Below are positions 1-11,380 of a DNA stretch of 64,000 nucleotides, piece after piece. Origin of the DNA: Vicugna vicugna (taxonomy: Eukaryota); NCBI GenBank assembly GCA_013265495.1, contig MU058000.1, forward strand, positions 1,984,001 through 2,048,000, written 5' to 3'. Numbering within the stretch: the first letter of the stretch is position 1; the number at the start of each line of letters is the position of its first letter. Under the pieces are notes generated by a model. That model had not been told where the DNA came from, made no database searches, and worked only from the letters and a program-made list of their open reading frames with translations. The position numbers and the translations under genes are program-made.

Positions 1-1706
1 TCAGAAGAAAGATTTAGTCAGACATAATAGGAAAAGTAAACCACCATTTTTTTATCCTTTGTATCAGGTTAAAACAGATCCTTAAGCCAGTTTCAGATTT
101 AACCATAGGCATCAGGGAAAACTGTTATCCTCAGAAGCCATAGGCCATTTAGTTGATGTGTTAAAACAATAGCAGTGGAAGAGGGGTTATAAATGCAGGT
201 GGGTGTTACTGTTGACATTCTTTTTGGAGGGTGAAGCCCAGAGAGCTCTGGAGTTGCCTCACTGAGGCCAGCAGCACTACAGCACTGTTAGTATGACATA
301 CATGGGTCTCTACATAGACATGAACAGGAGGTGGAGGTCAGCTTTGCCATGGGACTTGTCTTACCATTGGCAAGATGCCTCTGATAATATCCATGGATAG
401 ATTGTTTTAATCATCTGAAATGAAACTTTGTTTCATGTTACTCATTTTTCTGCAGACATTTAGAGAGAAGGGGAAAAAAAAGGAAACAGGCAAGACAGGG
501 ACAAAGAACAAATACAAACATGCCCTTAGTCAAACAAGATTCCGATTAGACATTTTGATTAAAGAAGTAATAAACGGATGGTGGAATCCATCTTTTGGAG
601 AATTCTCAAATCTATGACCAACAGTTCAAGTGACTGTAGGGCATGTATTTATGAAGTAATATAGAAAATATTGCTAAATATCATCTTTCCTAAATAGAAG
701 GCGCAGCATTCTCATTGCCATGGCAATTTAAAAAGGGTGGAAATAGAGAAAAGAAAACTAGCTTGTGTATTAGAGGTCTTGATTACCAAGATGAGAGGCC
801 TGAGATGAGTTACCCGAATCTCCGTGAGAAAAAACTTCTAAGAATGAGATTTGTGGGATTGTGGAAAGACATGCTGTTGAGTCGATGGCAGCTAGGTATT
901 TTTCAACTCTTCTTGTTAAGATAATTAAACCATGTGTATTTGCAAATTAAGGTGATATAGTGCAAGTAAAATGCAGTCTTGACGATTCTATATTTCAAAA
1001 CATAATTAGAGGACTGTCAATATACAGTGCAAAATGAAAAGCATGATACATTGCTCTGAATGTTTCACTCTGAAGATCTGAAAAATCTTAACAACTGAGG
1101 ACAGCATTTCAAATAAGTAAGATGGAACTTCACTTAAATAGATATACAATAAAATATCTATGAAAATTTAATGGGAGCTTATTCCCTCTGAGTGCCTCAT
1201 ACATCACTACAAACTCTTCCCACCCAGAGAATCTGTTTTATTGAGGAGGAGGAATTCAGTTCTGTGGCTTATTTATAAATTCTGAGAAGAAAGCCAATAA
1301 CAATGAAAAAAAAATCTTTAGTATTTTATTGCACCTTTTTTTTTCTATATTTATGAGATTACATTACTACTAGTTCTTTAAGCCAATCAGTAACTTGTGA
1401 AGTAATGATCCAACTTTAAGAAGATCATGAAGGATTTAACCATTAGATGCCAAAACTCAATTACACCACCTGCTTTTCATATATACGTGTGTGTATACAT
1501 GTGTAATAGTTTTTTTCTTCACATAGTCATAGTACATTTATGAACCATTTAATCTTAATATTAGCTCATAGAGATCATGACAGTGAGATCAAGATTAAGA
1601 TAATGGCTTTGACTGTAGTTTAGACCAGTAAAATAAATCATCTTCCACAGTCACTTAAACTGCTATCTTTTCTTAGTGCATCTATACCTGTTTATACCTA
1701 CTATAG

Positions 1707-1890
1707 CTATTGAGCATACACTCCATGCCAGGTGCTTAGTATGACTTACATGCATTATCATTAAACTGAGTCACATTTCTGTACTGAGTGTAATCTAAGT
1801 TTTTCACATAAGGAAACTGAAATCTCTGAAAATGAATACTCAATCTCTTTTAGCTAATAGTTGGCAGAACAAGATATCTAACACAAGCCT
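1707..1890 (-). mobile_element. MIR SINE, decayed
   Basis: tattgagca...tgccaggtgct...ttacatgcattatcatt...aaggaaactga...gctaatagttggcagaac follows the reverse-complement MIR consensus order. Confidence 0.7.
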
Positions 1891-2329
1891 TATTATTATT
1901 ATCAATATTTTTCCTGCAAAGCCTGTACTAGACCACATTGTCTCTCATAAGTGTTGGTCATACATAAGACAGTACTAAATTTAGAATTAAGCAAAAACTA
2001 TTTTTAAATCTCTTCAATAAGTAAAATGAAATTCAGAACCTATGTGTTAGATGTAGATTTCAGGAGACTGGCCAAACTCTTTAGAGAAGTCTAGGTCTGC
2101 AAGGATGTGAACTGGTGTTTCGGAGTAAAGGGCTGAGGTCTCTAGTCTAAACAGGTGAAAAAAAGAGGAAAAAAGTAAAGGGTGGGTAAAGAAAATGAGA
2201 GAAAATTTGAGCCGATGATTAATCAAGGATATTTTACTATTGGAGTCTTACCAAGAGAGAATAAAGAAATGGGAGTGAGACAACAATAAAATTGATGATT
2301 ATAGGTATTTAACAGAGATAATGAGCACA

Positions 2330-2680
2330 TAAATTATATATATATTCCCATCAAATGCCACGTCAGATGAATGGGGAAATACTTCAAGACTTCTGAATAG
2401 AATTAAAGAATGGAGGAAAGACCTAAACGTTTACAGAGAGAAAAATAATTTTATACAAAGGAATAAAAGTCACGAGCTTCAGGTTTTTTGTTTGTTTGGT
2501 TTTGGTTTTTACTCTTTGTTTGCTTGCTTGTTTTTTGTTTTTATCAGCAAGAGTAGATGCTGGGAAGAAAATAAGGAAATGCCCTTAAAGTTGTAAGGAC
2601 ATGTAATTTTGAATTTAGGTTCTGTACTAAGCTAGAAAAACAATCAAGGGTTATGACAAAGCAAATGTTTTCAGATGTGT
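2330..2680 (+). mobile_element. Ancient L1/HAL1-like ORF1 3' relic
   Basis: A-rich, ...agcaagagtagatgctgggaagaaaataaggaaatgcccttaaagttg...ttttcagatgtg resembles the C-terminal part of old L1/HAL1 ORF1; no open frame. Confidence 0.45.
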
Positions 2681-2704
2681 AAAGACATAGTCTTGGATTT
2701 AATA

Positions 2705-2830
2705 CGTGTATTTTGAGTTACTACCGTGTGCCAGGGATTCTTGTAGGCACTGAAGGTAACATAGTGAATATAGGCAGACAGGGTTCCAGCTGAATACATC
2801 CTACGTTTGAGAGGTAAGAGATGGGGGGAA
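2705..2830 (-). mobile_element. L2 LINE 3' end fragment
   Basis: tattttgagttactaccgtgtgccaggg...taggcactgaagg...agtgaata...agaca matches the reverse L2 3' terminus pattern. Confidence 0.55.
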
Positions 2831-4086
2831 AAAAAGTCAACAGGAAATGGTGATGGAGAAAAGAGAAAGCAACACCTCAAGTTTTCTATCGATAAAAATA
2901 TCAATACCAAAGACCTTGCCTGAAATCATGATTCCATTTATAACTGACACCAAATAAGTCAAAACTTCTCTGGCAAGTTTACAGTACCCTTGGAAGTGAT
3001 TTGTGTATCTCTCTTTCTCTCTCTCCTTTTTTCTCTCTCCCTTTCCTTTGCTTCTTTTTCATGTTCAATTTCTCTGAATCTGTGACAGTTAAAAGTTCTA
3101 TATAGTCTCTCTTAAATTAGCCTCTCATTTTGTGTACATTAAGCACCTGTTCTAGACTCTTTGCTACTGTTCTTTCTGAACAAGTCCTAGGGTAACAGCT
3201 GACTTTATAACTAAACCATTTTGTGTTACCATTTCTCTCCCTAAATTTAACTTTGTTACTTTAACTATGAGATTTTTCTTTAACTCATTATTTCGTTCTT
3301 AACCTAATTTGTGGTCTATTATTCTCTTTTTAAAATTAGCCTTTTTTTAACTCCCTGTAAGTAATTCTCTCCCATCTTAGGGTCTGTTTGCTATTTTGGG
3401 CAATGCATGCCCTTCTGTTCCCTGCTGAGATTCATAAGTGTTACTTGGCGGATGAATCCTGGCATGCCTAATCATTACTCTGAACTTTCCACTAGTCCAA
3501 TTAGCAAGCAGCGGTAGTGCAGGGAGTGCTTCTCAAGCAAACCTCAGAGCCTTCCTCCTTGAGTTCTTAAATTTGCAGTGACTCACTATAATTATAGTTT
3601 TTTTTTATAATTATAAATCATTTGTGTCTACGGAAGCTTTAATCATAATATTACATTATACCTCTGAGCATAGATGAGGCCAGTGCTTACTAGGGAGCAC
3701 TGACCTAACTCAGTAAATATTTGCCAGAGAGTAGTTGATGGAATTCTTAATATTCCAAGGAAAGGCATCATTAATTCAATGAAGATGGAAACAACAGAGG
3801 ACTAAAACTTACCCAAAACCTTGGCAAATTATAACTTAGTAGAAAGTAATTTACTAAATGAAGAATACAACAAGAAAGGTTATCAGCTCTAATTTTCTCT
3901 TCCCTACATCACCCTGCTATCGATGTGTGAGAAGTTCTACTTCAAAAGTAACAATCCTGTGTAATGTATCCTTCTCAGATTATCCTGAGGATTGATTTTA
4001 CAAGTATGGCTGACCTATTTTGTGTAGTTTAATTTCTCTGTATCAAGATGCACTCTTCACTCCTGATGCTTTTATCTGGCAGGGAT

Positions 4087-4285
4087 ACAGTGGGGTATAG
4101 TGTAAAGTCATAGGCAAGGATGTGGAGAAACCCATGTGGGCTTCCTACTGTGACATTGATAGTTGTGCATTTAACTATTGAGCAAATTGCTATTATAAAT
4201 CAGCTGCAGGTACCCAATATTGGAGTAATGGTGTTTGCCTGGCAGAGTCTTTATCAAGGTTGAAGATGTGATCAAAGCTCAATGA
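4087..4285 (+). mobile_element. MIR SINE, decayed
   Basis: tRNA-like head (acagtggggtatagtgtaaag), tagttgtg...ttgagcaaattgct, ggagtaatggtgtttgcctggcagagt. Confidence 0.5.
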
Positions 4286-4579
4286 CATTGCTATGTAGTC
4301 CACAGCTGGCAGTTTATTGTTGGAAACTTGTTAGAAAACAGAGGTTCGAAGATAAAGAAGGAGGGATTTATTAAGGTTTTAGATTATTTCTATTTTACTT
4401 GACAGTAATAAAACTCTCAAAGAGTTAAAGAATTTAAGAAACTGTAGATTATTGTGTGTATGAAAGCAACATGGTGTTTCACTGTGTCCCATGAAAAGTT
4501 ACTGCTCTAAACTTGGGACTAAATTTGTTTAAACTTTCACAGAGATGATAACAGCTATTTGATATTTGATAATTATCCA

Positions 4580-5898
4580 TTAAGAGATATTAGGATAGAT
4601 TCAGTGCAGTCCCAATAAATATCCCTTAAGTAAGTTATTTTGTGGCTATTGGTGAACTGATCTAAGGTTTACATGGGTAAGCAGAAGACCCAGGAGAGCC
4701 GAAACAATATTCAAGGAGAAGAACAAAGTCGGAAGACTGGCACTATCTGACTTCAAGATTTACTATAAAGCTACAGTGATCAAGCCAGTTTGGTTTTTGT
4801 AAAAGAATAAATAGCTCAATGGAAAAAATAGAGAGCCCAGAAACAGACTCACCCAAATGTAGTCAAGTGATCTTTAACAAAGGAGCAAAAGCACTACAAT
4901 GGAGCAAAGATAGCCTCTTCAATAAATAAATATCACCATGCCAAAAAAAAAAAAGTTGAAGCTAGATACAGACTTTACATCATTCACAAAAATTAACTGA
5001 AAATCTATTATATACCCAAATGTAAAGCACAAACTATTAAACTCCTAGAATATGACACAGGAGAAAACCTAGATGGCCTTGAGTATGCAGTGATTTTTTA
5101 GGTACAACACAGAAGGTATGATCCATGAAATAGATAATAAATAAGTGGGACTTCATTAAAATGAAAAGCTTTTTCTCTGTGAAGGACAATGTCAAGGAAA
5201 TGAGAAGAGAGGCCATAGAACAGGAGAAAAATTTGCAAAAGACATATCTGATAAAGGACTGTTATCCAAAATACACAGTATATCTTAAAACTCAACCATT
5301 ATAAAGCAACTCAATTAAAAAATGGGCCAGAGACTTTAACAGATGCCTTATCAAAAAAAATATGTAGAGGACAGATGAATATACAGAAAGATTGTCCACA
5401 TCATATGTCTTCAGGAAAATGCAAATTAAAACAATTAAATATCACTGCATGCTTATCAATATGGCTAAAGTCTGGAACACTGACAGTAACAAATGCTGAC
5501 AAGGATGTGGAGCAGCAGGAACCCTCATTCACTGTTGGTAAGAATGCAAAATGGTACGCGGATTCGGAAATCAGTTCGGCAGTTTCTTACATAACTAGAC
5601 GTTCTCTTACCATAAGATCCAGTATTCACACTCCTTGGTAGAGGAGCAGAAAGCTTATAACCCATCAAAAATCTACACATAAATGTTTATAGTAGCCTTA
5701 TTCATAGCTGCCAAAACTCAGAGGCAACCAAGATGTCCTTTAGTAGGTGAATGAATAAATAAATTGTGGTACATCCAGACAATGGAATATATTATTCAGT
5801 GCTAAAAATAAATGATCTATCAAGTCATGAAAGACATAGGGGAACCTTAAGTGCATATTACTATGTGAAAGAAGCCAGTCTGAAAAGGCTACACTCTA
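4580..5898 (+). mobile_element. LINE-1 (L1MC1/2-like) ORF2 3' part and start of 3' UTR, degenerate
   Basis: ORF2 motifs (gacttcaagatttactataaagctacagtgatcaag; gggacttcattaaaatgaaaagc; aaaatgggccagagactttaacaga) and L1MC-type UTR gaaccttaagtgcatattactatgtgaaagaagccagtctgaaaaggctaca; many stops and frameshifts. Confidence 0.9.
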
Positions 5899-6613
5899 TA
5901 GGCATACTTCAAAGGTATTGCAGATTTGGTTCCAGACCACTGCAACGAGCAAATCTAGCAATACAGTGAGTCACATAAAGTTTTTGTTTTTCCAGGGCAT
6001 ATGAAAGTTATGTTTGCACTATACTATAGCCTATTACGCATGCAAAAGCATTATTTCAGAAAATTTACATACTTTAAAAAAGAAACGCGGATTCGGAAAT
6101 CAGTTCGGCAGTTTCTTACATAACTAGACGTTCTCTTACCATAAGATCCAGTATTCACACTCCTTGGTAGAGGAGCAGAAAGCTTATAACCCATCAAAAA
6201 TCTACACATAAATGTTTATAGTAGCCTTATTCATAGCTGCCAAAACTCAGAGGCAACCAAGATGTCCTTTAGTAGGTGAATGAATAAATAAATTGTGGTA
6301 CATCCAGACAATGGAATATATTATTCAGTGCTAAAAATAAATGATCTATCAAGTCATGAAAGACATAGGGGAACCTTAAGTGCATATTACTATGTGAAAG
6401 AAGCCAGTCTGAAAAGGCTACACTCTATAGGCATACTTCAAAGGTATTGCAGATTTGGTTCCAGACCACTGCAACGAGCAAATCTAGCAATACAGTGAGT
6501 CACATAAAGTTTTTGTTTTTCCAGGGCATATGAAAGTTATGTTTGCACTATACTATAGCCTATTACGCATGCAAAAGCATTATTTCAGAAAATTTACATA
6601 CTTTAAAAAAGAA
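5556..6613. repeat. Tandem duplication, 2 x 529 bp (5556-6084, 6085-6613)
   Basis: Both units start acgcggattcggaaatcagttcggc and end tacatactttaaaaaagaa; no mismatch seen by eye; identical 67-aa ORFs at 5766 and 6295 (offset 529). Confidence 0.97.
5899..6084 (-). mobile_element. Tigger1 terminal fragment (extra copy made by the tandem duplication)
   Basis: ta|taggcatacttcaaaggtattgcagatttggttccagaccactgcaa is a Tigger1 terminus after a TA target. Confidence 0.85.
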
Positions 6614-6859
6614 AGAAAACTTACAATGGTAACATCAGAGGTCACTGATCACAGATCACCCTAGCAAATAGAATATAATGAAAAAGTTTGAAATACTGTG
6701 AAAATTACCAAAATGTGACAGTGATACAAAGTGATCAAACACTGTTGAAAAAATGGTACTGGTAGACTTATTTGATGAAGGGTTGCCCCAAGCCTTCAGT
6801 CTGTAAAAAACTCAATATTTGTGCAGCAGAATGAAGTGCAATAAAATGAGGTATGCATG
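6428..6859 (-). mobile_element. Internally deleted Tigger1 (TcMar) DNA transposon, ~430 bp, Tigger1a-like
   Basis: Left end taggcatacttc..., right end ...gaagtgcaataaaatgaggtatgcatg (degenerate CAGGCATACCTC TIRs); TA on the left and TG on the right; no transposase region. Confidence 0.85.
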
Positions 6860-7239
6860 TGTAACACATTTAATTTGGTGTCCAAGTAAGTGAAAGGTGC
6901 TGAACAATGTATACATATTTTTGACATGTTATTCCAAATTTTATGTGTTTCATAAACCAGTCATGAGTTTCTTCAAGCTACATTGTTAATAATTACTTTC
7001 CAAGTTAAGTAAGGCAATATTGACACAATGTCAGAATGAATGATTATGGAGAAAAGTAAAAAACAAACAAACAAACAAACAAAAAAGAGTTAAATACTAT
7101 AGTTGTCCTAAGAGATTCTATATCTATAGAAATATTTAAAATGAGTTAGTAAATATTTTATTTTCATTTATTGAATTCATACTCATTAGTTTGTATGTGT
7201 GCATATGACTGGGCTGCTGTAATGATAAAACTGATGATC

Positions 7240-7372
7240 ATTTGTGTGTGTACAGTGTGTGCCAGACACTGGGATCAACAGTTTACATGCCTTAACTCAT
7301 TCAACCTTATGGTAACCTATGAGTTAGGTAAAATTACTATCTTCCTTATATAGATGAGAAAACTGAGACTTT
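7240..7372 (-). mobile_element. MIR SINE fragment
   Basis: tgtgccagacactg...tttacatgccttaactcattcaacctt...aacctatgagttaggta...tagatgagaaaactgagact (MIR core). Confidence 0.8.
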
Positions 7373-7419
7373 ATATATTCCTCCTTTCCTTCATAAGCAT
7401 TCAGTTTTATCATCTAATT

Positions 7420-7555
7420 AGTTTTCTCCCTCTAACTGAGATGTAAGTATCATGCCTGAGAGCAGGTGCCATATTCATTTTTACTATTCATTGTATTTCT
7501 GGCACGTATCACAGAGCCACAGATACAGTATATGTTCAAGACACATCTTATAAAT
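7420..7555 (+). mobile_element. L2 3' end fragment
   Basis: tctccctctaactgagatgtaag...tgagagcagg...attcattgtatttctggcacgtatcacagagcc. Confidence 0.6.
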
Positions 7556-10427
7556 TATTTATATATTTCATAGTTATTGTTAACAATTTTAGTTATGAAT
7601 TCCCTGGAATCGATGACTTAATATTACTGTTCAAAACATAATCACCTTCTCCCAAAACCTTAAACAAAAGGTTGGTGATTTTGGAAGCTAGGTTAAGTTT
7701 TTATGGTGACCAGCTACTGTTTATTGGCTTGAACAAGTTATTTAATTAAGGAGCTCACAACTTACGCTTATAACCCTTAATGGTTTTCACTGTGATTTTT
7801 CATATTTTGATCTGTTTCATATACTGTGTCTCTGGCATTAAATCTGTGAAAAATACTTAATGCACTAGAGGACCTGTGTGATTTTGTATTGAACCTTAGA
7901 ATAAACACGCATCATGCTTCCGTGAGGAGAGCCGAACAATCAGAAAGCCTGGGGAGAACAGAAGTTCACCTTGTTTACAGTGAGTCTTGCCCCCTTTCTC
8001 AGAGGTACATGGGATTATACAGTGTACTGATGACAATCCAGTGTCCTTGGACTGCTTCCAGTGCGAGGCTCAAGCAACGTTGATCTTTAGGACATATTGC
8101 CCTCAAGCCCAATTAACGGTGCCTGCAGTGCCTGTTCTCATTGTAAACCAGTTGGTCCCTGAGATTCAGAAGTGGGGCCCACCAGGCTATGTAACTTCAG
8201 CTACCATCAATGAGTGCGAGACCAAAGTAGATCATTAAAAGGAAAGAGAAAATCAGGGGCTGGGCAGGAGTGGGGTGGTGGTGGGCATGTGTCGGGGAGA
8301 AGAGGGGTAGAAAAGAAAGGCATAGATAATCACATCAGGAACCTTGATTTCCCTTCTCTAAGTATCTGTAACGTTGTATTAACCCTTTAGTGAAGAAAGG
8401 GCCAGTATGTAGAAAAGAAATCGAAGTCCCGGGAATGTCTCTTTGACACACTGTCTTATTATCTTCAACTAGCATTTCTTAACTGTTCACCCTAGCAGCA
8501 TTTTAAGTGTCCAGTATGTCCCTTACATTATAATTAACCTCAGACTTTTTAAGTCAGAGTGTTTGCAAGGAAAGTTAAATACTAGAGAACTTTCTAAGGT
8601 TAATTGCCAATTACAGAGAATGCGCTTAGAAAAAAAATCAAAAAGCATTCTATTTCTCATTTATGGAGCTGTTTGAACACAGCTCAGGCAGGTCAGGATC
8701 TGCTGAGCTAAATTCAGGATATTCTCTGAAGACAGAACCAATGGCAGCCACCCTGCAGAGAAGAAATCAAGAGAAATGTCACATTTCAAAGGAGAAAATG
8801 AGTTGTGTCTTTCCACTCAGTTGATTGCTAGAATTTTGGCTGTGGTTAGTTGGAAGAAGCAAACTTTGCTATTGAATATATATCTAATATTCTTTGCCAA
8901 TGATCCATATTCTAAATGCCTCAAATGCCTAGTCACTATTTATATTTCATGTTTTTAAATGACTTGTCTCAAACCACTGTTAACATTTTCTTGCGTTTCT
9001 TTCTGGAAATGTTTTCTGAATATATAGGTACACATATATGAGAGCAGACGGTACACAATCATTTTCACTTTTCTTTTTGCACTTAACAAAATATAGTCCC
9101 TATAAATCTCATTCTACAAATTCAGATTTTCATGAAATGTAGCTTTATTTGTTAACATGTCTACTCATGTCTTATTTAAAACATCTATTTTGCTTTGTTG
9201 CAGAAACATAACAACATATAGAAACACATATAGAAACAGTGTATAGTTTCTGTATAAGTATAGGAGTGTATAGAAACAGCATACAGAAAAGGAATTGAAG
9301 CCCTGGTAAAGTCTTGGTAAACTTAGGGACTCTTCATTGTTTCCCCTGAGGTGGTGTCTCAGGGACGGAGGAAGTGTTCAGCCTGAGAGGTGGGAAGGGA
9401 GTAGGCACTGGACTTTCTTCATTCTGTGTGTGCTACAATGCTGCCTGCCACATGAGACATTATCATCTCCACAGGTGACTACTAAGCCATCTCACTGCTA
9501 TCTGCCAAGCCTCTTTGAGTCTGGCTCTGGGTATCTCCTAAGGGCACAGGAAGCATTTTCTGATTTTCCATGCTACTTTAGTGTGGACAGTGATCACTGA
9601 TGTTGTCTAAGGTGATTTTCTCTTCTTTGCTACACTTGCACTCACCAGACATTATTCCACTGATCCCTGGGCCATGCTGGGGCTCGCAAAGGTTTGCCTT
9701 TACAACATCTGCCCAGAGATGTCAGGCAGCCATTCTTCCTACCGGCTCCTTGGTCACCCCAGAGAGCATATGTGGTAATGGAATGGAGAGGCTGAAACTA
9801 ATGTTTTTCCAGCTTTACCTGGGAACTAGGACTCAGATCTTGCATCTTCTTGGTTAACCCCAGCTATCTTGGGGTTTTGCTTTTCCATAACTGATGGGTA
9901 GTGTATAAGAGTAGAGGAGTGAGGATCTTTTTAACTCAAAATAATTTGTATCTCTTGTTACTCTCATTTTTGAAGGGAGAAGGAGGTTATAGGCCTTGTC
10001 ATTTTAATTGACTTCTTGGTTTCTTTTGTTCTTCCTTACCTGGAATTATGAAGATAGAATGCCTTATAATCTAAATCTTGAGAAAGTGGGGGAAATAAGA
10101 AATTTGGGGTGGGGAAGGTGGTGCTACATGGGTAAATATAATAAAGAACATATGTCCACAGTGTATGTTGGAGACCTTTTCAGAGATAGACTATTTCAAA
10201 GTAGTTGATGGTATTTTAATAATTGTGTATACTGTATTTCATGTATTTAATCATTTGTCTATTGAAAGACATTTATTTTTGTCAATATCAACACCATAAA
10301 AAAGCTTTGTACATTAATCTTTCCCCATATATCTAAATATATCATTCAAGTTAAACCTCTAAAAATGGAATTCCTGTATCACTAGATAAATGCATTTTAC
10401 ATTTTAAAAGTAATTGCTAAATGATAA

Positions 10428-10744
10428 GACTAACAAGAGCTTTATTTCCAGAATACACAAATAGCTCATATAACTTTGTAACAAAAAACAAAGGCTCCAA
10501 TCCCAAAATGGGCAAAAGAACTAAACAAGCAATTCTCCAGTGAAGACATACAAATGGCCAATAGGCACATGAATGAAGTTCTCAATATCATTATCAGAGA
10601 AATGCAAATCAAAATTACAACGAGGTATCACCTCACACCACTCAGAATGGCCATCGTTAAAAAGTCCACAAACAATAAATGGAGAGTGAAGAAGTGAAAG
10701 CAACCTAACTGTCCATAAGTAGGTGATGGCTAAAGAAAATGTGG
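10428..10744 (+). mobile_element. LINE-1 ORF2 3' fragment with ~200-bp internal deletion
   Basis: aaaatgggcaaaagaactaaacaagcaattctccagtgaagacatacaaatggccaataggcacatg is close to the L1 at 32.36-32.43 kb; jumps from aacaataaatg to aagcaacctaa. Confidence 0.9.
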
Positions 10745-10890
10745 TGTGTGTGTGTGTGTTTCACCATCACATACCAATCATCTTTTGGCAAATAATAATT
10801 TTGTATTAAAGTTGATTTATTTCTGATATCACTATTATTTGTTTAGCTTTCTATTGCTTAATATGTACTTAGTCTATCTCTTTAATCTTT

Positions 10891-11333
10891 TTAATTTTTT
10901 AAAATTAAAGTATACTTTATTTACAATATTGTATGTGTGCAACCAAGTGACAATGTTTTTATAGACCTTACTCCATCCAAAAATTATTAAAAATAATAGC
11001 TGTATTTCCCTGAGCTGTACAATATATTCTTATTGCTTATTTTTCTTACACATAGTAGTTTGTATCTCTCAGTCCCTTACTGCTATAGTTCCCCTCCTCC
11101 CTCTCCTCTCCCCACTGGTAACCACTAGTTTGTCCTCTGTATCTGTGAGTCTGCTTCTCTTTTGTTTTATTCACTAGTTTGTTTTATTTTTTTGGATTCC
11201 ACAAATAGGTGTTATCATGCAGTGTTTGTCTTTCCCTATCTGGCATATTTAACTAAGAATAACACCATCTAGATACATCAATGTTGTTGCAGATGACAAA
11301 ATTTTATTCCTTTTTATGGGTGAATAATATTCC

Positions 11334-11334
<1 letters not shown>
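10891..11334 (-). mobile_element. LINE-1 3' UTR and tail (cetartiodactyl-type)
   Basis: ttttttaaaattaaagtatactttatttacaatattg...ccccactggtaaccactagtttgtcctctgtatctgtgagtctg...aataatattcca. Confidence 0.9.

Positions 11335-11377
<43 letters not shown>
11335..11377. repeat. (AC)n microsatellite, ~21 units
   Basis: Perfect dinucleotide run. Confidence 0.98.

Positions 11378-11380
<3 letters not shown>

Noticed and set aside
420..924. Short ORFs near the window start with an acceptor-like ttttctgcag
   Set aside because: Low-complexity Lys-rich translation from A-rich DNA, no recognisable homology and no matching donor
3586..3618. AT-rich palindromes (actataattatagt, tataattata)
   Set aside because: Common in low-complexity AT-rich DNA
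5766..6498. Two identical 67-aa ORFs as a duplicated gene pair
   Set aside because: Chance frame across an L1MC/Tigger1 junction with a GTG start; identical only because of the 529-bp duplication
9200..9290. Repeated tatagaaac units as a CRISPR-like or structured array
   Set aside because: Irregular spacing, short degenerate low-complexity units and mammalian context
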